From: Phoronis australis
Lineage: Eukaryota; Animalia; Phoronida
NCBI GenBank assembly: GCA_002633005.1
Contig: NMRA01000660.1
Coordinates: 123,534 to 187,533 of the forward strand
Length of the DNA stretch: 64,000 nt
Direction: 5' to 3'
The notes beneath the pieces are model-generated. The model was not told the DNA's origin. It was given only the letters and a program-made list of their open reading frames with translations, and searched no databases. Made by a program: the position numbers and the translations under genes. Position 1 is the stretch's first letter. Each line of letters starts with the position of its first letter. This document shows, piece after piece, positions 13,585-26,559 of this stretch.

Positions 13585-14445
13585 GATTAGAAATATACAA
13601 AAACTTATACAGTGTAAGTATCAATACACCACTCTAACATTTTTTTAGTTATCTTTCTCGTTTAACTGAATATTTAAAAACTGGAAGTGCGTTTTCGTTT
13701 AAGAATATGTTTTTTAATTCAATGCGTTAGTTTTTTCAACAAATTCTTTGAACACATCATTTAAACATTGCAGGTCATGTAGGTACTCTCTAAATTGTCG
13801 CAAAAAGACGATAAGACGGTGGGTGACGCTACAAGGCCGCCAAGCCTTGCAAGAACAGATTTCGTGCACAGGATGTAATTAAAAATTCACCGAATAATAT
13901 CTAAAACACAATTTACGCTTATCGTGTAGACAATTTACAGAAACGAGGCAAATTACGTTAGGACAACCTTTTTCAAATACGTTACTTCGTACAATTTTCA
14001 AGAACATTCACTAAATATTCATTACGTTTTTGTAACAAATAGTTGTACCAATGAAAATAATATTGTGGTCCTGAATACGTACAATACCAATCTGTTTAGT
14101 AAACAAATTCATCGACACGCCTACACGTACGTGCACAAGGTGATTATCGACTGACGATCTGAGCGTAATTCGAATCAGTTGTCCGACGACCAGAGTTCGG
14201 ACACAACTGCCAATGGCAATGGCTTCCGAGGTAACGACCCATAAAAGACTGTTAAATTTAGGTCGGCGTTAGGTAGATCTCATGTCAGCTAATCATTACC
14301 GACCGAGAAACAAGTTTATACTGCATGTGAAGTAAAAGCTGCAAAACGCCAATGGAGAATCAAACAAGGATCACATTTAACATTTAACACACATAAAAAC
14401 TAGAAAGCGATAACTAACATATGGTCCCGTTCTAACCAGGAACGA

Positions 14446-14520
14446 CTAGGAAAAGTTGGCGTAAGTATCAAAAGACTGAATGAACTGCTCCGCCATACTG
14501 TACAGCGACCTGTACTGGTC
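14446..14520 (-). CDS. Receptor PTP D2 terminal exon: DQYRSLYSMAEQFIQSFDTYANFS*
   Basis: Acceptor gtgttttcag. Resembles the receptor-PTP C-terminal pattern EQYxFxY...SFDxYANF. Confidence 0.92.
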   Translation of the reverse strand, partial: DQYRSLYSMAEQFIQSFDTYANFS

Positions 14521-14941
14521 CTGAAAACACAAAATACGCAGGATGAAAAGGTGGTGTTGGCGTAGTGAAAATGAAGAAAAACAGTACTAAGTAAACGTAG
14601 TCCAGGAACTTTTCACTCGTAGGGTGACACTCTCGCTCACTGTTCAGTCAAAATACAAAATCCCGATTCTAAAAATAACCAAACCAGCTTGCACTTGAAA
14701 ATTTAGGTTCTTCCGATTGTCACAAGCCAGGAGAAATTAACATAAGATCCTCGAAAACTCTCAAGATGACACATCAAAAACATTCTACCCAGCTCCGACG
14801 CCAGTATAAAGCTGCAATTATAGACGTTGTTATAAATGAAACGCACGGATCAAGGACCCGAAAACAATTACAGATAAATTAAATTTGGCAGCAGACGTTG
14901 AGCAAAGACCAATTACCGCAATGGTTACCGCTGAAACTTAC

Positions 14942-15077
14942 CACGTTGGTAATAAACTGGAATCTGGTGACTCTAATGTTCTTCACAGTCTGGAATACGT
15001 CGACGCCCTGTTCAACTTTGATTTTCTCAAACAGGTTGGCAAGAGTACAAAAGTATCCGCTACGAGTACAACCGTCC
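14942..15077 (-). CDS. Receptor PTP D2 exon: (L)DGCTRSGYFCTLANLFEKIKVEQGVDVFQTVKNIRVTRFQFITNV
   Basis: 136 nt, phase 2 to 0, AG/GT boundaries. Completes the HCxxGxxRSG P-loop and carries the VDVFQTVK motif. Confidence 0.95.
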
Positions 15078-15482
15078 CTGAAATGGGCCATTTAGTGTAG
15101 AACTGGCAGGAACAATAAATCAATCTGCAAAGTTATGCAAACCCCTTGTAGTGGAGGTAGTGAATTCAATTCTGATGGGAAAATCGCCACAGGTCCCGAC
15201 ATGCAACACAGGTATTCAACAGAGGTGCGAAACAACTACGCCATCTGATGTTTAACCCGTGGAAACTACAATGGCCCTGCCCATGAACATTAAGTGGGAG
15301 AGGCAAGGCGCTAAAAGAGACAGTAACACAATAGCTGTACTTAATTGACTTTCCCGACTAAAACACCTGGTGGGTTAAAAGAACCATTGATGTGTCTGAA
15401 CCTGCTGACAAGGGAGAACCGAGGAAATTTCTACATTCAACATGATTCATTTATGAACATAAAACTTGCTATATTTACTCAC

Positions 15483-15646
15483 AAACAATGTATTACAGCT
15501 GCGTTTTTCCCGGTTTGTTGCTGCGCCAGTTCCACAATTTCAATAAGTTCAATAAGCGCACTTTGTAGGTTCGATGGTGGCACAGCCAGTTTGTTTGGCC
15601 AGCCTCTTACTTGGAAATGTTTGATTTCCCGACCTTTGCTGTTCGG
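15483..15646 (-). CDS. Receptor PTP D2 exon: PNSKGREIKHFQVRGWPNK...KNAAVIHC
   Basis: 164 nt, phase 0 to 2. HFQxxGWP (WPD-loop region) and VIHC motifs. Confidence 0.95.
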
Positions 15647-15921
15647 CTGGAAGAAACAAGTCAAAATGTGACTATGGTCTTGCTGTTCAGAATGAAGGTA
15701 CACGTACTCCCAATTATCACAAACATGAGATCTAATGTCCATGGTGATCTAGTTGTGAAAATACGTTCATTACTTCAACAGCGTATGATGTTAGTGGACA
15801 GTGACGACGACACAAAAACGAGAGATGCTGCACCATGCGGCTAACGCCTTAGATTTATGTACTATTGAACTCCGGATTGATCAAGACAACACGAACAATG
15901 TAAAATAACCAATACAATTAC

Positions 15922-16053
15922 CCTCCTTGTGTCAGTCAAAACCAGAGTTCGCTGCTTGATAACCTCGCCATGGTGATACCTTGACCCAACGCATTCCACT
16001 TCATACCGTCCAAAGCGCACAGACTCTTCATCCGGCCAGTATTGAGGACACGT
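15922..16053 (-). CDS. Receptor PTP D2 exon: TCPQYWPDEESVRFGRYEVEC...LVLTDTRR
   Basis: 132 nt, phase 0-0, AG/GT boundaries. CxQYWP motif. Confidence 0.93.
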
Positions 16054-18031
16054 CTAAAACAGTGGGTTAGCAGTAACATAAGTCATACTATCCAGGGACC
16101 CTTTAGTTTGATTAGAGTGAGATCGAGTATAGCAAAACTAAGGTTATGAAGGACCTTCGAGACAAGTTTGTGCACTCACCAAATAAGTTACAAAACTAAG
16201 GAAATTGACTAAAGAAAATATTCTCTGACAGTAGGAAACGTGTAGTGGGCCCTTTTTCAATAAACGTTTCACGGTTTTGTTCACGCATGTGCTATTTCGT
16301 GTTTCTTTTTCCTGACATTTGCACTCCATATCCTCGGCAAACAACGCCCCAAGTAAAGTTTGTTGTTGCTACTATTCCTCTAGTATATCTTAAGATTGTC
16401 CCCAAGATTGAGTGTGTGTAGGTTACATACTTCCTTTCCACAGGTTCTCTTATTCCATATTGTTTTTATACCACCTTCGAAGGTTGTCGTCTGTTTTGTT
16501 GCATTCGTGTTGTCTGAAGGCGTCAATCTATCGCACAGTACCGTAATTCTTCGGATGCCGTGAGATTCTTAATTCTGTGATACTTAGATTTCAAGTCATT
16601 TGTGACTGCAGTACGCGTTCTTCTATTTTGTAGTTTTTAACATGCGAAATACATTCCAAGTGACACATTTGGTGTTGTTTTCCTGGTTGACATCTGTACT
16701 AAAGAAAGCAGAACATGTAGACTTTGCTTTTAACTTGAGACCAAAATGTCATTAAAAAGGGATCAGGTGACCATTTCCTTATAGTAAAATTTAGCACAAA
16801 AGAAAGGTTCTAGTACATGACAAAAATTCATTCGATATATACTATCAAAATGAACTCTCAAGCGATTTGCAACAGTTTTTACAATATCATTTCAGTTTCG
16901 TTTTATTCAACTTTTGTGTTCACAAAACTCCGACATCACATGCACGAGTGCAACGTTTTAAAAACAATTCCTAAAATGTGTGCATCAAACAAAGTACATC
17001 GACCTTTCATATCAATCAGTCACTTCCGAGACAAGATGTTTTGAACTTCGTCAAATTTGTGCTTTTTTCTACTGCCTACCTGTACATAATAATATATTGG
17101 TGGAAGTGAATGCATTAAGGTGAGGGGCCGTATTGGGGATACAGTTTTATCAGTAAACAATACCCACAGTATATTTGGAGTGGGGAGATCAAATGCTATG
17201 GTTCTACGAAAAAGAACTCATCCAGAAGCTCCATACTAAAGCATATTGATGCCCTTTCCACAAACGACCTCATGCTAGTGACGATACTTCAGACCTTAGT
17301 TTACGGAGATAACAGCAGTAATTTTTTCATTTACACGTTCTATTGAAAGTCAAGTGCCTGGCAATATTGTTTTGGAAAATCAGTAGAGGGTTAAACAAAC
17401 AGAAATCTTAACGACGAAACAACGACGAACACACTCAATCGACTCGCTGGTTACCTGCTTACCTTTAGGTGGTCATTAGCCAGGACACAGGAACCACTTA
17501 ATTTTCCTTGGCTAGTCGAATTCTCAACAGGCAGCCCTTTACCCAAACAGACTGGCATGACTGATGGAGCAAGTGTAAATGTGTTCTGTTGTTCAGACAA
17601 ATCGGTCCTTAAAATTTATGTTCAAGAAATTTGAAACCTAGAAATGGTCGTTGCGCCTTTTTGGAGTGCATCTTTTTACTGTCGACGACTTTTGTTTGCG
17701 ATAGTGTTCTGTATTCATACAGTGTGAATAACACATAGGTTAAATCGGCCAGATATGTGATTATTGTACATGTACACCTGTACATGTATGTGCTTCAAGT
17801 ACGCCGGCTATTAAACACAACTGCAGAAACGAAATACTTGGTGCGACGCCAATTGACCACTCTAAAAATCGTCCAAACTGCGCCACTTTTTCAAGGTGTT
17901 GCAAAGCTAACCAATGACTGCTGAGGTTACATCAACCAAAGCTAAAGCTCGTGTCACAGCTTGATACCTGCGTGTTGGCTTGGCACGTAGGGAACCAACA
18001 AGATTTAATCGACAGCACGTGGGAAACTTAC

Positions 18032-18166
18032 GTCATCATTTTGATTCGCATCACTCAGCATGACGATCACGTGGCAATCGTGATCGTGAACCATCCTCCA
18101 AAAATCACCAACGGTGTTGGGTAACGGACTCTGTGTGACGATGAATGCATCCCGTTGATTATATCC
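18032..18166 (-). CDS. Receptor PTP D2 exon: [45 protein letters not shown]
   Basis: 135 nt, phase 0-0. TQxPLxxTxxDFWRM and IVML motifs. Confidence 0.96.
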
Positions 18167-18432
18167 CTGAAAGCGTACAGGTCCATGAGACAGCGATGTG
18201 ACCAACCGAGAGCAATGGATAGATGCTTTTCTGAAACCTTCCCCCACAAGCTCAAATGGGTTAAAATCGACGAAAACACGACGTTGCAGATCCCAAGGTT
18301 TGATAACAAAAGAAATATTTGACAAATTATGAACGTGGAATATTCCCAACTGTTAGCAATTGAAAAACACACTAACAAAATCACCGAGTAAGACTGGTGG
18401 TCACGTTCATCTCAAGCATTGTGTTGCATCAC

Positions 18433-18753
18433 CATATGCGGATCCAGGATTTTGAGTTAGGGGGGCAGAGCACAGGAAAAACCAGAACTTTCGCAACATG
18501 CGCGCACCCAGCCTAAAGCGTAAGGATGTAGGGAGTCTTGAACTTTTGGTTTTGTGGACGTTATTACTAACAAAAAACGCTAAACAGGGTTTGTTCAGGA
18601 CTATGCAATGTGCATTCGGCCTCCGAGCCCCCCTAGGTGCGCGCATATACCATTCACCAATTTGCACCCCGAACTGCCAAATGAAATCTCGGAGAATTTT
18701 AGGTGGGCGGCATGGCCTCCTTGAACCCCCGCCCCTCTTATAAATCCGTCGAT
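18433..18753. mobile_element. GCGGATCCAGG-type MITE
   Basis: Ends catatgcggatccagg...aaatccgtcgatg with a GC-rich interior. Confidence 0.55.
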
Positions 18754-19567
18754 GAATACTGTGTTCGTTGCGTTCAAGTTGTTGGAATCAAGACTCTGAA
18801 CAACTGTCGGATCGAATAATACAGACAACAACGAAAGTTACAGTCAACGCAAACGAACAAGTATTAATTCCAGATCTTCGGACTTGCATTTTTATTGTCA
18901 AGGACACTAAAGTGATATTGCACCATGTGCTAGGAACGAATAACCACGAGTATAAATTCAAATATCAGAGAAACAAAGGCAAGGGTGACATCTATGGCAA
19001 TAACAGAAAGCAACTGAGTTTTAAATAAAGAGGCGGGAACAAGGGATCAATACATTTCTGTTGACTACACGCGTTTCACTGCTGTCTATTTCTACCACCA
19101 GTCAGTTGCTGAGTGAGTAAACCTTCGATCACACATTCCATTTACCATGAAGGTGTTGGATTTATGATTGTACATAATATACATGTACATCGTGTCACGA
19201 ATGCATGAAGGAACGGTAAATCAGAAAAATGAAGCTGCAACCAAAATGTGAAATTAAGAAAAGCAATACTTGCAGCTATATCAAATTTATCTACAGAAAT
19301 GAATACCAATGTTAGTGTAAGTGTCAACGTGTCTTTAACATGGCCCTTGCTCTGGTGAAAAGGAATTTTGGACATACCAGTGGGATGTAACAGACAAATT
19401 ATAGACAAAGCTCGGCTCCGAAATGATTCCTGTGACACATTATGGTGTAGAGTCAGGCAGTTCTCCAGAAGTAACAAACTGTTCTGTCCAAATCCAAAAA
19501 GCATATTTATTTCGTGGCCTTAACCTTTTTGACGGGAGAATGACTTTGCAGCATTAGTTTCACTCAC

Positions 19568-19644
19568 GTTCACGAAGACTGCATTTATGTAGTCATTTCC
19601 TCCATCGTCGGCCGCCGTCATCAAGTAGGGACGAGATCGTCCAA
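19568..19644 (-). CDS. Receptor PTP D2 exon: (L)GRSRPYLMTAADDGGNDYINAVFVN
   Basis: 77 nt, phase 1 to 0. DYINA motif. Confidence 0.95.
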
Positions 19645-20082
19645 CTGAAATGATGAACAGAACGAAGTATTAAAAAGTATTCTTAACTGACAACAAACAG
19701 TTCCACCCAATAATTGAACAAAACATTGGGTAATACAAATATGGCGATGTATGGGCTTCAACCAAGAACAAAGTAAGAAACATCGCTAGATAATGAAAGC
19801 TTGCCGGCTGTTTCAGGGTGGAATACAGATTTTATTTTCCCCATGAACATATTCAGAGCGAAAGTAACACTATTAGTGAGAACCAGAGTTTACACAACTT
19901 AGCCCTGTAACCCTTTAAAGGTAATGATGGGTATAACGGGGTTGATGATCGATGTTCACATATAAAGTTATGAGGTGGGCTTAACTAAATCAACAAAATC
20001 AGTTTTGAGTTTCAGTTTTCACTTCAAAGTGGTAATTTTCCTCGTGCTGTAACTCAAAAGGTATCAAAAACTTTAAACCCAC

Positions 20083-20182
20083 GTGGTAGAATGTTTGGAT
20101 CTCTATTCTTGGAAGAGTTTTCTGTCAGTTTCCCAGCGGCATACTCCTCGGCGTCTGCAGCCAGGCACAGTCGATTTAGAGT
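20083..20182 (-). CDS. Receptor PTP D2 first exon: TLNRLCLAADAEEYAAGKLTENSSKNRDPNILP
   Basis: 100 nt, phase 0 to 1. NxxKNR motif. In frame with all downstream exons. Confidence 0.92.
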
Positions 20183-20324
20183 CTACAATGAGAGGCAATG
20201 ACCGAGATTACAACAAGTAAGAACTGAATTAAGCACATTTGACTTTACCAAGTACTACGCACTAAGCATCACTTCCGTTAGGATTACATTCACCCCTGGA
20301 AAGAGAATCAACTTCAACAATGTC

Positions 20325-20390
20325 TACAACAACGACGGCGACGACGCGACGACGACGATGACAACAACCACCACGATGACAATAATAACA
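20325..20390. repeat. Degenerate (GAC/AAC)n trinucleotide microsatellite
   Basis: acaacaacgacggcgacgacgcgacgacgacgatgacaacaacc... Confidence 0.8.
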
Positions 20391-20603
20391 TACCGGTACA
20401 TGTAAAACGTCAAGAAACGATAAATGTAAGGTCAACTAGCACATGGAAACAAAAACAGGAATTCCACGGGAGAACTTATTACTTATAAAATCTCTCCGAT
20501 GGACATACTGGCCGGTTACATTTTCGTTGATAGTTTGACAGGAAGGAGATAAACATTCGCCGCAAAGTGCTTGCAGCGGACCGTGGTTTACAAAAATACT
20601 CAC

Positions 20604-20630
20604 CTTGAGCTCTTTCTTCAAAGTTGTCTT
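20604..20630 (-). CDS. Probable 3' remnant of the D1-D2 linker exon: KTTLKKELK
   Basis: AAG|gtgagt donor in phase 0. Resembles the xLExEFK linker that precedes D2. Sequence further upstream does not look like a PTP. Confidence 0.6.
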
Positions 20631-21777
20631 GTATGACAGCAGAAATAGTGTTAAAATGATGAATATGCCAAATTGAAACCTCCCGTCCACATTACGTGTG
20701 AACTGTAGGTTACTCTGGACGCCTGTTCACTAAAGACCTAATCGCCGCCTGGCGATATAGTGGCTTTCAATTTAGCGCTGCTATTTCAAAAATCAGTGGT
20801 ATTTGTTAATTGGGCACACTTTTCTCAAGTACAAATCTTGTAAGGCTTTGAGGACGGGGTGTTTGTTTGATTGCCACTATTTCACCCATGCCAGTATAAT
20901 TAAGACATTACCAAGAAAGGTCAAGTGACAAATCAACGATCTTTGGCCATTTTACGAAAGCAAATCCAAAATGATCGCTCAACTATGAAAGAAAGCCGTT
21001 ATAAAGACCGGTACTCTGTTAATGTTAACAGAATATGACTAGTTTATGTGTTCTATGACGTAAATCAATGGCGTAAATGTGGTTAGAAAATGCTGACTAA
21101 AACGAGCATCGGTTATCGGAAATTCATACACCTGCCCCTGCATGGGTATACCGCAGGTGCATAGATGGCGCTATTGTCATTTAAATATTTCTGAAAGCTC
21201 AGCGTAGGTAACAATGGTACCAACGGTAGAATCCACATCTGCCGCCGGTATAAGCAAAGTCCCTGTTCGCCAAATTCTGTTTACGGCAAAACATAGTTAT
21301 CAAAGACCTCAATGAACTTATTTTCAGGGGGACGCCCAGCCTTATATACTGTATGTGAGGCTCGAAATTCCGACGATGTGGACGTCCGAAACTGCGAATT
21401 GTGCGTTTAAGCCTATTTAGTGGACTTTTGACTCGTTCTCTCGGACTTTTTGTTTCTCTGAGGTGGACGTTTTGCCCAATTCGCCAAACGGGAGGTTCGT
21501 TCGAGCCTCCCCAACCCCTATGGGTGTTAAAATAACATTCTTCCTACCTTTTTGTAAAGCAATGAAGCAGGTTTCATCAATATATTTGTATTGAACAACA
21601 ATACACTCAGACACAGTCAGGGCCGTAGGAAGCGGGGAGGTAGGAGTACGTGCGCCCCAAAAATTTGCAGTCGTTAGAGTTAAATGGAGCTATTCGGAAA
21701 ATCTACAATAACTAGAGGGCGTGCGTGTACTAGTGGTGATAGATTAACAGCCTCGATTTCGCGAGCCCTTTAAATAC

Positions 21778-23480
21778 ATGGTGAAATGGCTTGCAGCCGA
21801 GCCAACTGAATCTGAGATTGCGTAAAAAGGGTGCTCTATGAGAGGAAGTAAGCACGACCTCATACAAAGGTAAGGTTTGTGCTTATTTTAAGGATTATTC
21901 CATGATTATTCTACCGATGCCTGTTAACTGAGGTACTCGCCGATGTCGACTTCGCGGCAATCAGTCGCCAGTCTGGTTAATCTTTGTTTGTTGTGATATG
22001 TGATACGATACTTGACGTAACAATCGGAATCTTTTCGTACATCAAAGCATTATTTTTGTTTGGAATAATTTCTAACAGTTTATCAGTGACAGTTACATCA
22101 ATCAATGCTGAATGGTTATCTGTCAACTCGATACAGCTTAATGAGTTAAGATTACAATCCAAGCCCAATGGCAAAGGGTACATGAGTGACAAATATCCAT
22201 TGCATTAGACTATTTGTTTACTCCCTATCATATGTCTTCTGGAAATCTATTACACGTTGAAATGGAAATCTATCACGTCTGTTTTCACATAACATTTGTT
22301 TTTTAGGTTTGAGGGCTTATACCGTTCAGAGGAGATATGCATCGCTTCTGCACCGTGCCTGAATGGACAAAATTGGTTTTTAGCATTTGGCTACAGCTAA
22401 CCCACAAGATCTTCCCATCCAGTGCAGATCTGTTGCCAAAGCCTACTTTCAATATTGGAGACAAAGCCTTTGAAAAGGACCAGCTATTTTTAAAGAAAGG
22501 TAGGTGAGTCATTTTGTTAATTTACTTATTCAGGTCCTTAACGAGGGATTGGCATAGGGGGTTGGGGTTGTAATATTTGGTACAACTGAATGTGTGGAAA
22601 TAACAGGTAATACATGTTTGGGGAAAAGAGCATGGTGAGGTAATTCTTAACCTTCATGAAGTCCCTTCAGTTGATTTCATGAAACTGTTTTGCTACTTGT
22701 ATCAATTGTAAACCCATGAAAATATGTTACATTTTCTGAATTCACAGTGACTGAATAGTCTTAACTCATGCCTTGAAATGTTGCAAGTCGTTATAAATTC
22801 AAATGACTGCCACTTTTGTGAAATTGCATTTTTGATGGTGCCTTACGATTTGTAATTACTCTTAAACAACAGAAAGATTATCCATCATTTTTAAATGACC
22901 CAAGTCTTCATATCTTCTATTAGAAGAAAAATTAAAAATCTGAGAAACAGTTCCCTCAACCTTAGACTAGACCCATGAACCTGTAATCTAAAAAGTTTAA
23001 AATTGCTGAAAGTATCAAAATTAAAAAGGCTTGAAAATGGGTAACAAAGGTTTGAGGTTGTCTCAAAAAACTTGTAAATTGTGCAGAAAAATGATGCGTT
23101 TAAAGAATTGTTATGGCTAGGAATAAAAATAGTCACAGTTTTATGCAATACGTATTATATACACCCTTGGTTTCTGAAAATAGTAATTATTTAATTTTAT
23201 GTGAAACTGTAGAGCAGTCACCATATATTTTTGAAAAACAGGGATAACATTTTTGATCCAATCTGGAGTACTTAATTATTCATATTTCAATATTTGTTCC
23301 AGGTTCAGTGACATTTTAAGGCCACTTCAAGCTGTATCATAGGCAAGCTTTGTTACTCCGTTCTCTTCCCACAGCACTTCCAAACACCAGCAGTGCTGTA
23401 TGGCACAATGTACAAGTCAGTGGCCCTGGAGAAATGTGAGTCGCAGAACTAAGTTACCATAAGACAATGTGGCAGTGGAA
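21778..23480 (+). pseudogene. Degenerate spliced SAP-domain plus YqaJ-like exonuclease gene inside the transposon
   Basis: QLNLRLRKKG / RGSKHDLIQR|LRAY across a GT-AG intron (SAP pattern). QHFQTPAVLYGTMYKSVALEK...VTIRQCG near 23370-23475 (YqaJ pattern). Contains stops and frameshifts. Confidence 0.6.
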
Positions 23481-24569
23481 TGTCTGAGTATTCAGATGAA
23501 CTATATCTACTGCTACACAAATAAACCTTGTTGGTCAGGATGCCCTTCCGTCATGTGTCGACAATAGTTTATTTCCTTTCCTGGAACAAACATGAGGGAC
23601 TGAAGCTGAAGATGACCTAGTGACACTCTGGTCTAGTTCAGGGTCTGATTTTGGGCTCAAAACGATTCAAGTGATATGCTGCTGTGTTTACCTTCAAGGG
23701 TCTAATTGTGGATGTTATTGAGGCTGAATGAGGTTACATGAAAGAAAGCCACATGTTGAAACTGGACCTTTTTTACAAGCGCTTCTATAGGCCATTGAAA
23801 CTAGATCCCAATGAAATGAAAGCCAAAAGCTGAGTGACATTAAATTTTCCTTTCAGAAGAAAGGCTTTATACTATTGGTAAAAACTTTTCAATTTGGTAC
23901 ACATTATGGGGAAATGACATTCTGTGACTGCATCGATTGTCTTATTGTATGTTTTCAATTGTAGGTAGCTGGGTAAGAATCTGCTATGCACAAGATTCGA
24001 GAATAAACAATTATCAGTGTATTTAAAAACAAATGGCAAACTGAAAAAGCACAGAAAGAAACAACACTACGACGGAGTCCGTAATCAGGCATATCAGGTG
24101 CTGAATTTCTGAATTATGTTCAATTCTCTCAGGTTACTGCTGAAGGATTGCTTTTCACTTTGTCCAAAGGTAAAATAGATGGTCGGGCGGTTGGTTTCAG
24201 TTGTTTTTTCTCACCTGTAACACAATAGTCAGAGAAATATTAGCAAATTTTAAAAGAAAAGACAAGACGAAACTACTTTTTTAAGGCAGAACATACTTGA
24301 CGTTTCATGTTCATGTTTATGTGTAGAAACTAATAACCTTTGTACCCAAGTCTTATTTAATATCTGAATTAAAATATGTGAAACAGGCTAAAAGTGATTT
24401 AACAATGTGTATTTTTCATGACACTTAAAATGTGTTTCTGATCTCAACAAATAAAATTCATTCTAGGTGTCAATTTTTTCCAATGCAATGAATGTTATTC
24501 ATGTTAATTCGATAACTGATCTGGTAGTCCTGGGGGTGGGGTCCACGATAAAATAAGGAAACTCACTCA

Positions 24570-25080
24570 TCTAGAGAGTTTTATTGAAAACAGCATAGTT
24601 TTGAAGAGAAGCTGCTGTGAAAAAGTCACCCTTGACTTCTGTACATCACGTACAATACACCTCTTATTTTGGGAGCACTCCTACCCAGGACAATATGAAT
24701 ATGTGCTGCTAGCCTACCCGGCATCAGGTGAGTTTCATAAAAGTAACACTTGGTTCCACTCAATAAACCTGTTATTCAGTTGGTTAACTGGTGGGGATAA
24801 CATCACCGAACGATGTTGATAGAAACTGATTGCTAAAAACTTACCAAGTAATGTTGTGTAGTCTCCCAATGGAACTGCATAGTCATAGGCATAGAGCACA
24901 CGCGGAGCTTCAGCATCCACACACTTTTTGTCAGTTAGTTGGCCCTGTTGACCGCAATTGTCCACGAATATAGTAAACTTAGGTCTTTTGGGAATGTTTG
25001 GCCACCTGTCGAAGACTTGCACCAGGGAAATTAGCAGTGATAAGGCTTAGCGCTACGACGTATTTTGATAAAAATTCCAT
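24570..25080 (-). pseudogene. Degenerate second, convergent gene of the transposon; identity unresolved
   Basis: ATG at 25080 just inside the right TIR, frameshifted coding-like segments and a gtaagt donor near 24843. Confidence 0.3.
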
Positions 25081-26559
25081 CTTTTACCAGTTGTTTACAT
25101 GCAGACAGCCACGCATGCGCAATTCAATCACCACTAGTACAGCAGCGACACCGCGAGGAGAATTCTCCGAATAGCCCCATTGTGGAAAACGACATAGGGG
25201 TGGGGCCAGGGACAGTCGAGAAAAGAAAGACTGTGAAATACTGATAAGAGAGAAAATTCAAAAGTAAATTTACCAACTCAGAATCAGTGCATGGTTTACC
25301 CTTTGAAGGCCCTGGGCAGGCTATTGTTGTTAGGGTCTCCGTTTTTGCAGCACACGTCGTCTAAAACGTTTTGAAAACGTACACTTTATCAATCATACTT
25401 ATATTTCAAAAAATTGAGAACATTTGTAAAGCTAAGCTTTTGCGTTCACGGGCTTTTTAAATTTAATATGACAATTTTGAGAATGCAAAACTATATTTTC
25501 CAGAGCATTTCTCTGGCAAGGGATAACGGAGACAACTGTCGCTTTAGAAATTTTCTCGAAAATGTATATCACTTGAGGAAAACTGATGCCTAACAGATAG
25601 CATCAATTGATGTGCATTTTCTGATTTTTAGAAGCAGAGATTTTTTCATATTTAGGGGCCTAGCCCTTAAAGGGGGCCATTGATATAATTTAAGTCCTGC
25701 TCGTGTTTATATTGACAAACTCTTTAGAAAGGGCCGCTCACGGAGACGGGGCGAAACATTGAAATCGATTTCCTCTATTTTCGTGTTTTTTTTCAAATCG
25801 AACAACAGGCTTTCCTGTTGAGGGAGATCACTTCTTGCATGGTCACAAGCCCATGGAATGAAGGGCACTATTTTTCAAGATTAACGATGATAAGCCTTTC
25901 ATTTTAAGGTGTCCCATTTCGGACGGAACCCTCTCTCGGTGGAGCAGTTTCGGCGGAAATGTCCCTTTGTCACTCTAAACATATAAATCCAACACTGCCA
26001 AGTATTAAAGGGAAAGTTGAGATTCCAAAATTATCAAAAACACAAAACATTCGTACAAAGAACAGCAGTATCAAGATATTCGACCCAAACGAACTTCAAA
26101 AACACAATTGGTATGACCGCCATCGAAAAGGTGGAATTTTTAAAAACGTGAAGTTCACTATTTCAGTGTTAATTAAACAAAAGGACTATTTTCCCATGGT
26201 TTATTAATAAGCAATTGTTACTTTTTTCCCACAGTATCACAAGAATAGTACTTCTGTTGAAGATCGTTACTATGAGTTGATGAGTTGTTTGTAATGAATT
26301 TGCACACGTCAAAAAAAAAAAACTGCCGGGCTTATAGTTTGTGATGACCGTGTACATATCGAATGGGGGTACTCAAAGTACTCGCAATCATAAACTAAGA
26401 ATTCAGCTTTTCTTGGAGTTTCAGTTCAACGCCTTTAGCGTTGTACATGTAGGTACCTCTTAAATGAGTAAAATACACAAAATACGAATGTTCCATCTTC
26501 CATATCCGTCACAAATCTGCAAGCACGCCTGAGGAAATTGCTTATACCGATTCGTTTTG

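Larger units (their letters stand above)
21686..25178. mobile_element. 3.5 kb decayed TIR DNA transposon (ISL2EU/PHIS-like) with an AT target-site duplication
   Basis: at|GGAGCTATTCGGA...GTACTAGTGGTGAT at the left end and its inverse ATCACCACTAGTAC...TCCGAATAGCCCC|at at the right end. Internal degenerate SAP and YqaJ-like coding segments. Confidence 0.75.
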
